A program made the translations under genes and the position numbers. From an uncultured archaeon (GTDB lineage Archaea; Asgardarchaeota; Lokiarchaeia; Sigyniarchaeales; SOKP01), in NCBI GenBank assembly GCA_964525635.1, contig CAZGJX010000066.1:1-24773 (forward strand): a stretch of 24,773 bases of DNA. Direction: 5' to 3'. Positions 1 to 8,809 of this stretch are shown piece after piece. The notes beneath the pieces are model-generated. The model saw only the letters and a program-made list of their open reading frames with translations, had not been told where the DNA came from and searched no databases. How positions within the stretch are numbered: position 1 is the stretch's first letter; every line of letters starts with the position of its first letter.

Positions 1-50
1 TATTTAAATGTAATGCAGGAAAGGATTAATTAAAGTTTATCTTGTCGAAC

Positions 51-584
51 TTAAGTTATAAGAATATCCTTTAATATTTTAGATTTAGCTTTTAAATTAT
101 CAGATTTAATATTATCTTCTCCAATCTTATGTTCACTATTATTTAAAGCAAATTTCAAATCTATGATAGGTAATAATGCAGTAGAAATACAATAGAAACT
201 TTTTGATCTCCCTTCATTATATTCATCTAGCATAATTTCAAGTAATTTTATTCTTTCTTCTTGTTCATCTAAATATTCTTTGAGAGAATTTTCTTGAATA
301 AATCTTAAATTAGAAATCGATTTCCTGTGACAGATGAATGAATCACATTTTTCTCAATCCTTGAATTTTTCACAAGGAAAATCATTACATTCAGCACAGG
401 TTTCATATTTGTTTTTTTTAATACAACATGTAATGATTGAACAAGAAGGATGTTTATTAAAAAAATCAAGACCACAACATCCCGGACATTTTGATGGGCC
501 TTTAGTATAATAAACAGGACATAATCCGCAATCGAGTCCACAACAAGCTATAGTTGGAAATTGTTTCAATGGGATTTCTTTCAT
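51..584 (-). pseudogene. DUF3795-type Cys-rich protein, 177 codons, interrupted by one in-frame TGA at 354-356 (nonsense allele or recoded codon)
   Basis: ORFs 354..584 and 51..233 are in the same frame. Manual translation across the TGA stays open: ...CEKFKD*EKCDSFICHRKSISNLRFIQENSLKEYLDEQEERIKLLEI-MLDEYNEGRSKSFYC... The N-terminus CCGLDCGLCP...CPGC...C..CC......CAECNDFPC is the DUF3795 Cys pattern. Confidence 0.8.
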
Positions 585-622
585 TTTAAATTTAAAGTTT
601 AGTAAAATGTTGATTATTATTG

Positions 623-1174
623 TTAAACTAATGACTTACCAAGATTTAAACATTTTTCTAGTATATCTGGTTTCTTTAATACATCTCTCTTCTCTCCTAC
701 TCCTGGTACAATAATTCTTTCAATTAAATTCATTTCTAAATATTTAAAACTTTTTTCAAACATCCTTATTAACGGTTCTGCGGTTTCATAATTATCTTCC
801 TCAAAAGGAACAACTAGAATTGCTCTTTTTCCTCGGATTTTAGTCCTATTTTCTGGACAATTAAAATATACAAAGCGATCTAAAAAAGCTTTTATAAGAG
901 CAGTGGGACCATACCAATATACAGGAGTACCAAAGATTAATACATCAGCGTTAGTTATTCTTGAAAAAAGATAATTCATATCATCATTTCTTGAGCAATC
1001 TAATCCACGCCAACAAGCATGACATCCAATACATTCATTAATAGTTAAATTTCCAAGATATAATGAATCACTTTTATTTCCAATAGATTTTGAGCCTTCA
1101 AGAATTTTAGAAACTAACATATTAGTATTTCCATCTTTTCTAGGACTTCCAATTATCCCTAAAATCGTTTTCAT
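623..1174 (-). CDS. Flavodoxin-like iron-sulfur flavoprotein / NADPH-dependent FMN reductase family
   Basis: GSPRKDGNT FMN phosphate loop, CIGCHAC...C cluster motif, GTPVYWY motif. Confidence 0.9.
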   Translation of the reverse strand: MKTILGIIGSPRKDGNTNMLVSKILEGSKSIGNKSDSLYLGNLTINECIGCHACWRGLDCSRNDDMNYLFSRITNADVLIFGTPVYWYGPTALIKAFLDRFVYFNCPENRTKIRGKRAILVVPFEEDNYETAEPLIRMFEKSFKYLEMNLIERIIVPGVGEKRDVLKKPDILEKCLNLGKSLV

Positions 1175-1472
1175 ATTTAATCTAATTTTTTATTGTTTCA
1201 ACTATTTGATAATTATTTATAAACATCTATAAATTTTAAGAAACTTGAAAAATTTATTGCACTCCCTTGTTTTATATATCTCTTTCTCTATTATTCTCAT
1301 TATAACATTTCTCATAGAAAAAAGGAGTGTGATAATTAAAAAATAGGAATAGAATATAAGGCATTGGAAACGTATTTTCGAACGCTAATTAATTTTCCAA
1401 CTAAATTATCTCTAATAATTCATCAATTCTTCCTATAAGGTACAATTCATAATCACATAACTTATAATTTCA

Positions 1473-1480
1473 TTTAAATA
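1473..1480 (+). promoter_or_regulatory. Candidate archaeal TATA box (TTTAAATA) for the structured RNA
   Basis: TTTAAATA lies about 25-30 nt upstream of the start of the GC-enriched structured segment. The AT-rich background makes this weak on its own. Confidence 0.3.
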
Positions 1481-1504
1481 GAAATAAGAATGTGTATACT
1501 TAAA

Positions 1505-1755
1505 AAAATGATCCTTCTATGGAGTTTTCTCCATCCAACTTTAAGTGGTTATTCTCACAAGTCGGGGATATCGGGCCTCGTTTGAAACAGGATAGTCCCT
1601 CCTTAGAGTGGTATTAGATGTATCATAGTGGTAAGTATTGCGGGATAACTTCTTTCAAAACCTCGGAAATATTAATCTTATTAGTATTGATGAGGTATGT
1701 TTTGAACTCAGTGATGAGCGAACAGCCTTATAACCTTAGGGCTGGTCTTTTTTGC
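1505..1755 (+). ncRNA. Candidate structured non-coding RNA of unknown family (or structured leader)
   Basis: About 40% GC (95/240 counted over 1511-1750) in an AT-rich intergenic region with no ORF of 60 aa or more. At least seven helices, with G-U wobbles consistent only with the + strand, a GUGA (GNRA) tetraloop, tandem G.A pairs and a terminal hairpin plus U-tract. Confidence 0.6.
1723..1753 (+). terminator. Hairpin followed by oligo-T; probable 3' end of the candidate RNA
   Basis: CAGCCTTA-TAACCT-TAGGGCTG stem-loop followed by GTCTTTTTT. Confidence 0.45.
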
Positions 1756-1913
1756 CTTAAGAAGATTGATAATTAGAATAGAAATTGGTGATGTTTATAA
1801 CAATTACCAAATTTTTATAAATAATTGTAAGGTTATTTTAAACATTTATAGAATTAATTACAATACGTTGTATTAAAATACCCTAAATTAACTCCCTATG
1901 AATCAAAGATATC

Positions 1914-3179
1914 ATGGCTTTAAAGATATTATTAATTAATCCAAATAATTATAAAAGTCCTCCTGTTTTACCAATTGGTTTAGAATATATAAAAGAATCA
2001 TTAAAGAACCAGAACTATGATTTAGAGATCCTTGATTTAACATTTAAAGAGGATCCATTATTGGTGATAAAAGAAATACTTGAAATTAATAGATTTGATC
2101 TAATTGGTTTTTCAATTAGAAACATCGATTCTTGTATATATTTTAATAATGAATTTTTTTTACCATTATTTAAAAAAATAATTGATTTTATAAAGTCATA
2201 TAATATTCCTATTGTATTGGGTGGTTCTGGTTTTACAGCAATACCTTATGAAATAATAGAATATCTTCAAGTAGATTATGGGATTGTTGGACCAGGTGAG
2301 AAAGCATTTTCTTATTTTTTGGAAATGTTCCAAACTAATCAATTGAATAAAAGGATTATAAATGGTTGGGATTATGGAATTGATGAGAGTCTCGTATCAT
2401 TAAAAGTTAAAGCTATAGATTACAAACAATATATAAAAAATGATGGACTTATCGGATTTACAACTCATACTGGATGTTCTAATAGATGTCCATATTGCAT
2501 TGAAGCAAATAAACCAGTAAGTTTCAGGAAAATAGAAAATATAATTGAAGAAATTAAAATGCGCGTATATGAAGGATATAATCATTTCCATCTCTGTGAT
2601 AGTGAATTTAATCAAGATTTAGAATTTAGTAAGAAATTCTGTAAAGAATTAATCAAAAAATCATTAGATCTTAAATGGACTTTATATATGAAACCAACTC
2701 CTTATGATGAAGAACTTTTTCAATTATTGAGTGAATCTAAAGCCTATCTTATAACCCTTTCAGTAGATAGTGATAGAAATATTCAATTAAAAAATCAATA
2801 CTCATATAATGATTTAGAAAACATTATAAGATATTGCAGAAAATATGATATTGAATTAGCAATAGATCTTCTTACAGGATATCCATATGAATCAATAAAA
2901 TCAACAAAGAGAGTAATTGAGTTCTTTAAAAAAAACCATCCAAAATCAGTAGGTATAAGTTTTTATTATCGTTTGTTAAATAATACTTTATTAGCTGAAT
3001 TAATAAGAAAAGATAAGAACTTACAAACACAATTAACCAGAAAATATTCCACTGATGACAATTTTTTAACACCTATTTTTTACAGCCAATATAAAAAAGA
3101 AGAAATTGAAGATATAATTGGAAAAGATAAATTATTTAGAATCTCTGGATTAACTCTTGGAGTAAATTATCAATTGTAA
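1914..3179 (+). CDS. Cobalamin-binding radical SAM protein
   Basis: N-terminal B12-binding-like domain (LLINPN..PPVLPIGLEYI...GFSIRNID...IVLGGSGF...GPGE) followed by CSNRCPYC (CxxxCxxC). Confidence 0.9.
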   Translation: MALKILLINPNNYKSPPVLPIGLEYIKESLKNQNYDLEILDLTFKEDPLLVIKEILEINRFDLIGFSIRNIDSCIYFNNEFFLPLFKKIIDFIKSYNIPIVLGGSGFTAIPYEIIEYLQVDYGIVGPGEKAFSYFLEMFQTNQLNKRIINGWDYGIDESLVSLKVKAIDYKQYIKNDGLIGFTTHTGCSNRCPYCIEANKPVSFRKIENIIEEIKMRVYEGYNHFHLCDSEFNQDLEFSKKFCKELIKKSLDLKWTLYMKPTPYDEELFQLLSESKAYLITLSVDSDRNIQLKNQYSYNDLENIIRYCRKYDIELAIDLLTGYPYESIKSTKRVIEFFKKNHPKSVGISFYYRLLNNTLLAELIRKDKNLQTQLTRKYSTDDNFLTPIFYSQYKKEEIEDIIGKDKLFRISGLTLGVNYQL

Positions 3180-3222
3180 AATTTCATGAATAAAAAATTT
3201 TTTAAGTCTTTTGATTATAAAA

Positions 3223-3819
3223 TTAAGGTAGATATAAAATTAACATAATAATAGTTAACAAGATAAAGAATAAAACAATTATTAAAGAAATATGTCTATC
3301 AAAATATTTCCCTTTTCCAAAATGAAGTTCATATCCAATAGTCTGTATGATTATATATAATGTCATACCAAGACTGATTGCTGTTAATACCCATATCCAA
3401 AGGATTTCAGAAGGTAGTGTAGTACCTTGGATCTCTCCTATAATCCCAATCGATATTTCGAGAATAATAGCAAAAAATGTTAAAGATGTTATTATTATTA
3501 ATATGAGTATAAAAGGGATTTCTCCTTCTACTGTATAACTTATGAGTGCTTGAAATGAAGCAAATAATACCATACCAAGACTAATAGGTGTTAATATCCA
3601 AAACTGAGAAAATACAAAAAGATTAAAGATTCCTGTAATAATAGAGGTAATTGCTGTTGTATATTCTGCAACAAGATGTAACTTAATTTGATAAGGTGTT
3701 TCTTTAAATTCTTGAATGAGTTCAGGATTCCCATCTCGATTAATAAGAAAAAATGTCCAAAGTCCAATCATTAATAGACCATTGGAAATTAAAAATATTG
3801 ATATAAATTGATTTATCAT
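3223..3819 (-). CDS. Hypothetical polytopic membrane protein (~6 TM)
   Basis: 198-aa ORF with about six long hydrophobic segments; no family recognised. Confidence 0.75.
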   Translation of the reverse strand: MINQFISIFLISNGLLMIGLWTFFLINRDGNPELIQEFKETPYQIKLHLVAEYTTAITSIITGIFNLFVFSQFWILTPISLGMVLFASFQALISYTVEGEIPFILILIIITSLTFFAIILEISIGIIGEIQGTTLPSEILWIWVLTAISLGMTLYIIIQTIGYELHFGKGKYFDRHISLIIVLFFILLTIIMLILYLP

Positions 3820-3955
3820 ATTGAACTAATTGAATAATCTATATTTAAATCAATGTACCAAAAAAGATATAAATCTATATATATTTCTCTATATTTTTAG
3901 GAGAAATTTCAACCATTAAGTTGAAAAATTGGAGATTTTATTTGGTAATAATTTT

Positions 3956-4825
3956 TCAAATGATGTTAAAATCTCTCCACGTCTTAAAGAAAAACCCATT
4001 ATAAATGATATCATGTAATAATTCTTTAAAACCTTCATCTTGTAATTGTGCATAAAGATCAGCTGCTTCTTTATTATTTTTAGTTAATGCTGTCATCATT
4101 ATAAGAGGTGGAATATTACTATATTGTTGTAGATAAAGTATATTATTTTTGTACTTGCTGTCTATTCTTTTAAATTCCTCATTATAATCTAATTCTCTTT
4201 TTAAATAAATATGAAATTGTGAAGTTAATGTTTGAGGTGCAAAATTGATTGAAAAATCAACCAAATCATCTTCAATCATTTTTTTTATGTGTTTTTGAAT
4301 TGTCTTAGATGAAATATTTATCTCATCTGCTATATCTTTTATAGGTTTTCTTCCATCTGTATTTAATGTTTTTAATATTTTATAATCTAAATCGATTAGC
4401 TTTTCAGGGTATATTCTCTTTGGATAATTCTTAATGAGGGTTATTGATTGTTCTAATTTCCCCATTTTTGATATAGAAATAATATATTCATTTAATTCAT
4501 CTATACTTCCTAAATAACCTCCAATATATAAGAAATTACCTCCAGCTACCCCTACAAAATAAGTATTATTATTTAATCCTAGTTCTTCACTTATTGAAGT
4601 CATATCTTTTCCGATTGACTTTCCATATATTAATATTTCTATCCCATTTATAGCAATTAAACTAGGTCTTGCTGTGAAGGCTTGTATAATCCCCATATCA
4701 ATCATATTTTGTACTCTTTTATAGATTGCATTGAGAGAAAAATTAAATTTATCCGCAATTTCCCTATATGTTGTCCTACAATTCTTTAAAAGTATCTTAG
4801 CAATTTGAAGATCTATTTCATCCAT
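3956..4825 (-). CDS. Lrp/AsnC-family transcriptional regulator with two winged-HTH modules
   Basis: MDEIDLQIAKILLKNCRTTYREIA...AIYKRVQNM and a second LDYKILKTLNTDGRKPIKDIA...TIQKHIKKM AsnC-type HTH. Confidence 0.9.
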   Translation of the reverse strand: MDEIDLQIAKILLKNCRTTYREIADKFNFSLNAIYKRVQNMIDMGIIQAFTARPSLIAINGIEILIYGKSIGKDMTSISEELGLNNNTYFVGVAGGNFLYIGGYLGSIDELNEYIISISKMGKLEQSITLIKNYPKRIYPEKLIDLDYKILKTLNTDGRKPIKDIADEINISSKTIQKHIKKMIEDDLVDFSINFAPQTLTSQFHIYLKRELDYNEEFKRIDSKYKNNILYLQQYSNIPPLIMMTALTKNNKEAADLYAQLQDEGFKELLHDIIYNGFFFKTWRDFNII

Positions 4826-5104
4826 GAGCCATCATTTTATTGACTTTTTTTTTTAGATTTATTATATAAATAAATAAGCAGAATATTTCTTTTTTTCAGA
4901 AATTCTCTTGTAATTCCTAAAAACTCCATCAATTAAATTTAATCGATAATTCTCAATATATTATTTATATTAAAAAAGAATTTATTATATATCTCTTGTA
5001 AGAATTCAATTTATTAATATCAAATTTATTAATTAAAAAAATAATATTAATAGGAGTTATACACATTTTCTATTTAGATACAAATCATTTTTTTAAGTAA
5101 ACTA

Positions 5105-5884
5105 ATGATATCAAAAATAATTTCATTTAGTGGTAAAGGTGGAGTAGGAAAATCTACTTTATTAATACTTTTCTTGAAATATTTAATCGAGTTAAAAGAA
5201 TATAAAAATATTTTAGTAATCGATGCAGATCCGGATGCAAACATTGGAGATCTAATAGGTAAAGAAATAAAATTCAATCAAACTATTGGAGGAAAAATGA
5301 CAGATCTAAAAAAAAAGATTTCAAGAAGAGAATTTCCTCCAAATATGCCTAAAACAAGTATAATCGAATCGGAGATATTTGAATCTCTTATAGAAATGGA
5401 ATCTTTCGATTTACTTGAAATGGGGCGTTCTGAAGGTGTGGGATGTTATTGTAGTGTTAATAATATTATTAAGAATGTAATTGATACTCTTTCTAAAAAT
5501 TATGATATAACTCTGATAGATTCTCCAGCAGGATTAGAACATTTTGCTCGAAAAATGGGTCGTGATGTTGAAGATTTATTTATTATTACAGATCCATCAA
5601 AAATGGGAATACATACTATAAAAAGAATAATAGAAATATCCAATGAAGTTGATTTACAATTCGAAAATATTTACATAATAGGAAATAGATTTTCAGAGGA
5701 TCTTAAGCAAGTTTTAATTAATGAAATTAATAAAATAGAATCAAAAAATATAAAATTTCTGGGAATAATTCCAAATGATGACGTGATAAGTAAAATTAAT
5801 ATTTCTGGAAAAAATTTATTAGATGTTCCAAATGATAATCCTACTTATCTAATATTAAAAAAAGTATTTAAAAAAGTAATCTAG
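5105..5884 (+). CDS. cooC: CooC/AcsF-type nickel-insertion ATPase (CO dehydrogenase/ACS maturation family)
   Basis: Deviant Walker A GKGGVGKS, VIDADPDAN, GCYC metal-binding motif, DSPAGLEHF. Confidence 0.88.
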   Translation: MISKIISFSGKGGVGKSTLLILFLKYLIELKEYKNILVIDADPDANIGDLIGKEIKFNQTIGGKMTDLKKKISRREFPPNMPKTSIIESEIFESLIEMESFDLLEMGRSEGVGCYCSVNNIIKNVIDTLSKNYDITLIDSPAGLEHFARKMGRDVEDLFIITDPSKMGIHTIKRIIEISNEVDLQFENIYIIGNRFSEDLKQVLINEINKIESKNIKFLGIIPNDDVISKINISGKNLLDVPNDNPTYLILKKVFKKVI

Positions 5885-6040
5885 GATAATTTTAAGAAAC
5901 TTTTCTTTTTTCAATAAGTTAAATTAGCTTTAGAGAACAATACTAAATATATATAGTATTAAATAGACAAATATAAAACTATATAATATAAAAATCAAGT
6001 AAACCTAAAAGAAAATAATTATTCTTCTAAATGGAAGTAA

Positions 6041-6850
6041 TTATTTTTTTTGGCTATATACTGGTACTATTTTTGAAGTAAAATCTTCAAGTGTATAAGG
6101 AAAATTATCTTCACTTGAAATCTTTCCAAGTTCAAGAGAAATTTCTCTTGCAAGAAGCCAAAATGCTAATCCTAAGGCTTTTTTGCCTCGATTATTTGCA
6201 GGTAATGCTAAGTCTATTCCTTTTAAAGAGTCATCTGTATCAAATAAAGCAACAACAGGAATCCTAGCGAGTTTAGCTTCATTAAGGATAACCTTATCTG
6301 CATGTGGATCAACAATAATAACAACACTTGCATCTTTGATATATGTTTCAATATTTGGATTTGTCAACGATCCTGGAATAAAGCGATTAACTATTGCTCG
6401 ACATCCCAAGGCTTCACAGAATTTTCGGACTGGTTCCTTTCCATATCGTCTTACTGAAGAAACAATTACTTTATCACTACCTTCATCCACAAATTTACTG
6501 AGAAAATTAGCAGCAATTTTTATTCTATTTTCTGTCTCTGTTAAATCAATAACATATAAACCATAATTTGTTTGACGATAAATAAACCTACGAGCATCAC
6601 CAGTTAATAACTTTGTCCCAATATGGATACCACAGCTTAAAAATAATTGCTTCTTTTCTTCATCTTTATTGATTATTACTTCTTTTTCATCCTCAAGTAC
6701 ATCAATATCATCTGTATCCAGTAATTCAAGTTCTTCTTCTAAATCTAAGTCATCCTCAAAATCCTCCTCAAAATCTACTAAAAGATTCTTCTCCTCGCCA
6801 GCATCTATAGTATCTTGAGTTTCCTCTGATTTCTTTTTCTTTCTAGCCAA
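6041..6850 (-). CDS. rps2: 30S ribosomal protein S2 (uS2) with N-terminal basic/acidic extension
   Basis: GIHIGTK, GLYVIDL, RFIPGSLTNP, IPVVALFDTD, PANNRG archaeal/eukaryotic uS2 motifs; TTG start. Confidence 0.97.
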   Translation of the reverse strand: MARKKKKSEETQDTIDAGEEKNLLVDFEEDFEDDLDLEEELELLDTDDIDVLEDEKEVIINKDEEKKQLFLSCGIHIGTKLLTGDARRFIYRQTNYGLYVIDLTETENRIKIAANFLSKFVDEGSDKVIVSSVRRYGKEPVRKFCEALGCRAIVNRFIPGSLTNPNIETYIKDASVVIIVDPHADKVILNEAKLARIPVVALFDTDDSLKGIDLALPANNRGKKALGLAFWLLAREISLELGKISSEDNFPYTLEDFTSKIVPVYSQKK

Positions 6851-7090
6851 ATTTTAAACCTAGATATTATTAAATAAATAATTGATTTAATAATTAATAA
6901 ATTGAATATAGCATAATTTTAATATTTAATTGATAGGATTGGATTTTTCAATTTTTTAGCATATAATTTAATAAATTTTATAATGAATAATATTACAGTT
7001 AAAAATTTGTTATATTAGAAGAACTAAAATATAAATATTATTTCTATAATCTTAAGAAAGTATAAATTTAAAATTTCAAAGGTATAAAAT

Positions 7091-7618
7091 TTGACTAGAT
7101 TAATAATAGGGATTATGTGTGGAATTCTATTAAGTTTCATAAGCGTTTCTATATTTGATCAATGGAATACTCTTATAGAGGCTCAAAGAATTTTTGAAAA
7201 TACAAATAATAATGTCTTTCAAGCAACAAGTAGAGCAATAAGCACTTTAGTTGGAGCAAATTTTAGTTTTGATATATTTAATTATTTTCAATCATTACCA
7301 TATACAATCCAAGGTTTTTTTCAACCTGCCTTTTTTGCATGTTTCTTTTTAGGCTTTATCTCTGGAGCTATTTCAATAGGTATAAAAAAAGGTTTGATAG
7401 CAAGTTTTTTAGTAATAATAATTACATTCTTATTATGGATAATTCTAAGTATTTTTTCAGGAGAAGATTTAATGGCATTATTTCAAGGAACTGAATTGAT
7501 AAAAACAATTGGAGGTACATTAAGTGCAATATTGAGCGGCATGTTTGGAGGGATCTTAGGAGGATATCTAACAGGTAATTATCCAAAATTAAAACAAGAA
7601 AATTATAATAAGGATTAG
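7091..7618 (+). CDS. Hypothetical membrane protein (~4 TM, Gly-rich helices)
   Basis: 175-aa ORF with hydrophobic segments containing GxxxG patterns; TTG start. Confidence 0.75.
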   Translation: MTRLIIGIMCGILLSFISVSIFDQWNTLIEAQRIFENTNNNVFQATSRAISTLVGANFSFDIFNYFQSLPYTIQGFFQPAFFACFFLGFISGAISIGIKKGLIASFLVIIITFLLWIILSIFSGEDLMALFQGTELIKTIGGTLSAILSGMFGGILGGYLTGNYPKLKQENYNKD

Positions 7619-7769
7619 TATAAAAATCTGATGATAATACTTTCTGAAAGTATTTATGAAATATTTTATGATTTAAATCATAATATATTATTATCTCCTC
7701 TATTTATATGAATTCTTTATATTATTATACTTAAAATTATAAATTTTTCAATAATTTATTAAATATAAG

Positions 7770-8306
7770 ATGAAAACAAACAATTTTCTCACTCTTGATC
7801 GAAAAGATGCGTTAGAATTGATAAAAATTGTAAAATTACCGGGTTCTGTAAAACAACATTCAATTAAAGTAGCAAATAAAGGATTAGAAATTGCCAATAA
7901 AATTACAAAAGAAAAAGTAAATAAAAATCTAGTAGAAATTGGTGGACTATTACATGATATTGGGCGCTCACTCACACATGGATTCAATCATGGTTTAGTA
8001 GGAGGAAATATACTTAGAGAGAGAGGATTTCCAGAAAAAATATGTAGAATATGTGAAACTCATATTCTAGGAGGGCTAGATAAAGATGATGCTAGAGTCC
8101 TTGGATTACCAGAACAAAACTTTATCCCACTCACCATCGAAGAGAAAATTATATGTCTTGCGGATAAATATATAATTGGTATTAAAGAAGTAGATATTGA
8201 AGAAAGGTTTGAAAATTGGTTTAAAAAATATGGAAAAACGTCTATTTTAGTAAAATCTAAAAAAAGAATAAATGAAATTGAAAAAGAAATTAAAAACCTT
8301 ATGTAA
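7770..8306 (+). CDS. HD-domain (HDIG) metal-dependent phosphohydrolase, archaeal type
   Basis: QHS...GGLLHDIGRS...HG...ETH...EEKIICLADK HD-domain signature. Confidence 0.9.
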   Translation: MKTNNFLTLDRKDALELIKIVKLPGSVKQHSIKVANKGLEIANKITKEKVNKNLVEIGGLLHDIGRSLTHGFNHGLVGGNILRERGFPEKICRICETHILGGLDKDDARVLGLPEQNFIPLTIEEKIICLADKYIIGIKEVDIEERFENWFKKYGKTSILVKSKKRINEIEKEIKNLM

Positions 8307-8314
8307 TCTTATTT

Positions 8315-8806
8315 TTATAAACTGTTTTTTAATTTATTTAAAATTCCCTTTTGTTCTAAAATATCAAGTATAAATTCTGGCAATTTTTCAAATTGTTTAA
8401 TTTTATTTTTCGTAAGATTTAGCAATTTTCCTGATTCTAGAGTTATTTTTAGATGATCTCCCTCTGAAAAATCTCCATGGTTCCAATCTAATGTTATAGC
8501 TGGAATTCCTTGATTTATTAAATTTCTAAAATAAATTCGCGCAAAAGATTTTGCTATTATTGCTTGAATTCCAAAATATTTAAAAACTCTAACAGCTTCC
8601 TCCCGTGAACTACCACATCCGAAATTTTCTCCTGCAATAATAATATTTAATTTATTTACTTTTTGAATAAAATCAGGATCTATATTTTCGCAAGTGTATT
8701 GAGCCATTTTAGCTATATCAATTATAGTTAAAGCTTTGCTGGGTACAATATCATCTGTATTGACTTCATCACCCATTAAATAGACATTACCCTCAATTTC
8801 CTTCAT
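8315..8806 (-). CDS. leuD: 3-isopropylmalate dehydratase/homoaconitase family small subunit
   Basis: GDEVNTDDIVP, AGENFGCGSSREEA, IAKSFARIYFRNLIN.G motifs; 3 nt from the large-subunit gene. Confidence 0.9.
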   Translation of the reverse strand: MKEIEGNVYLMGDEVNTDDIVPSKALTIIDIAKMAQYTCENIDPDFIQKVNKLNIIIAGENFGCGSSREEAVRVFKYFGIQAIIAKSFARIYFRNLINQGIPAITLDWNHGDFSEGDHLKITLESGKLLNLTKNKIKQFEKLPEFILDILEQKGILNKLKNSL

Positions 8807-8809
8807 TTT

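Noticed and set aside
305-541. 78-aa ORF on - strand
   Set aside because: Alternative frame overlapping the DUF3795 gene; no motifs.
1259-1330. CACTCC...GGAGTG inverted repeat and SD-like GGAGTGTGA
   Set aside because: Only a short stem around a long AT-rich loop and no ORF follows; compatible with chance or a remnant.
1505-1755. Assignment of the structured RNA to cobalamin/fluoride riboswitch, RNase P, SRP, group I intron, hammerhead, C/D guide or SECIS
   Set aside because: Only fragmentary resemblances: GATAGTCC and TTGCGGG are in the wrong order for group I S and P, TGATGA has no CTGA partner, ATGGAGTT lacks the fluoride pseudoknot, and there is no AUGA core. No full consensus is met.
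2400-2615. 71-aa ORF on - strand
   Set aside because: Antisense shadow inside the radical SAM gene.
3347-3538. 63-aa ORF on + strand
   Set aside because: Antisense shadow inside the 3223..3819 membrane protein gene.
5074-5277. 67-aa ORF on - strand
   Set aside because: Antisense to cooC.
6183-6566. 127-aa ORF on + strand
   Set aside because: Antisense shadow of rps2.
7748-7987. 79-aa ORF on - strand
   Set aside because: Antisense to the HD-domain gene.
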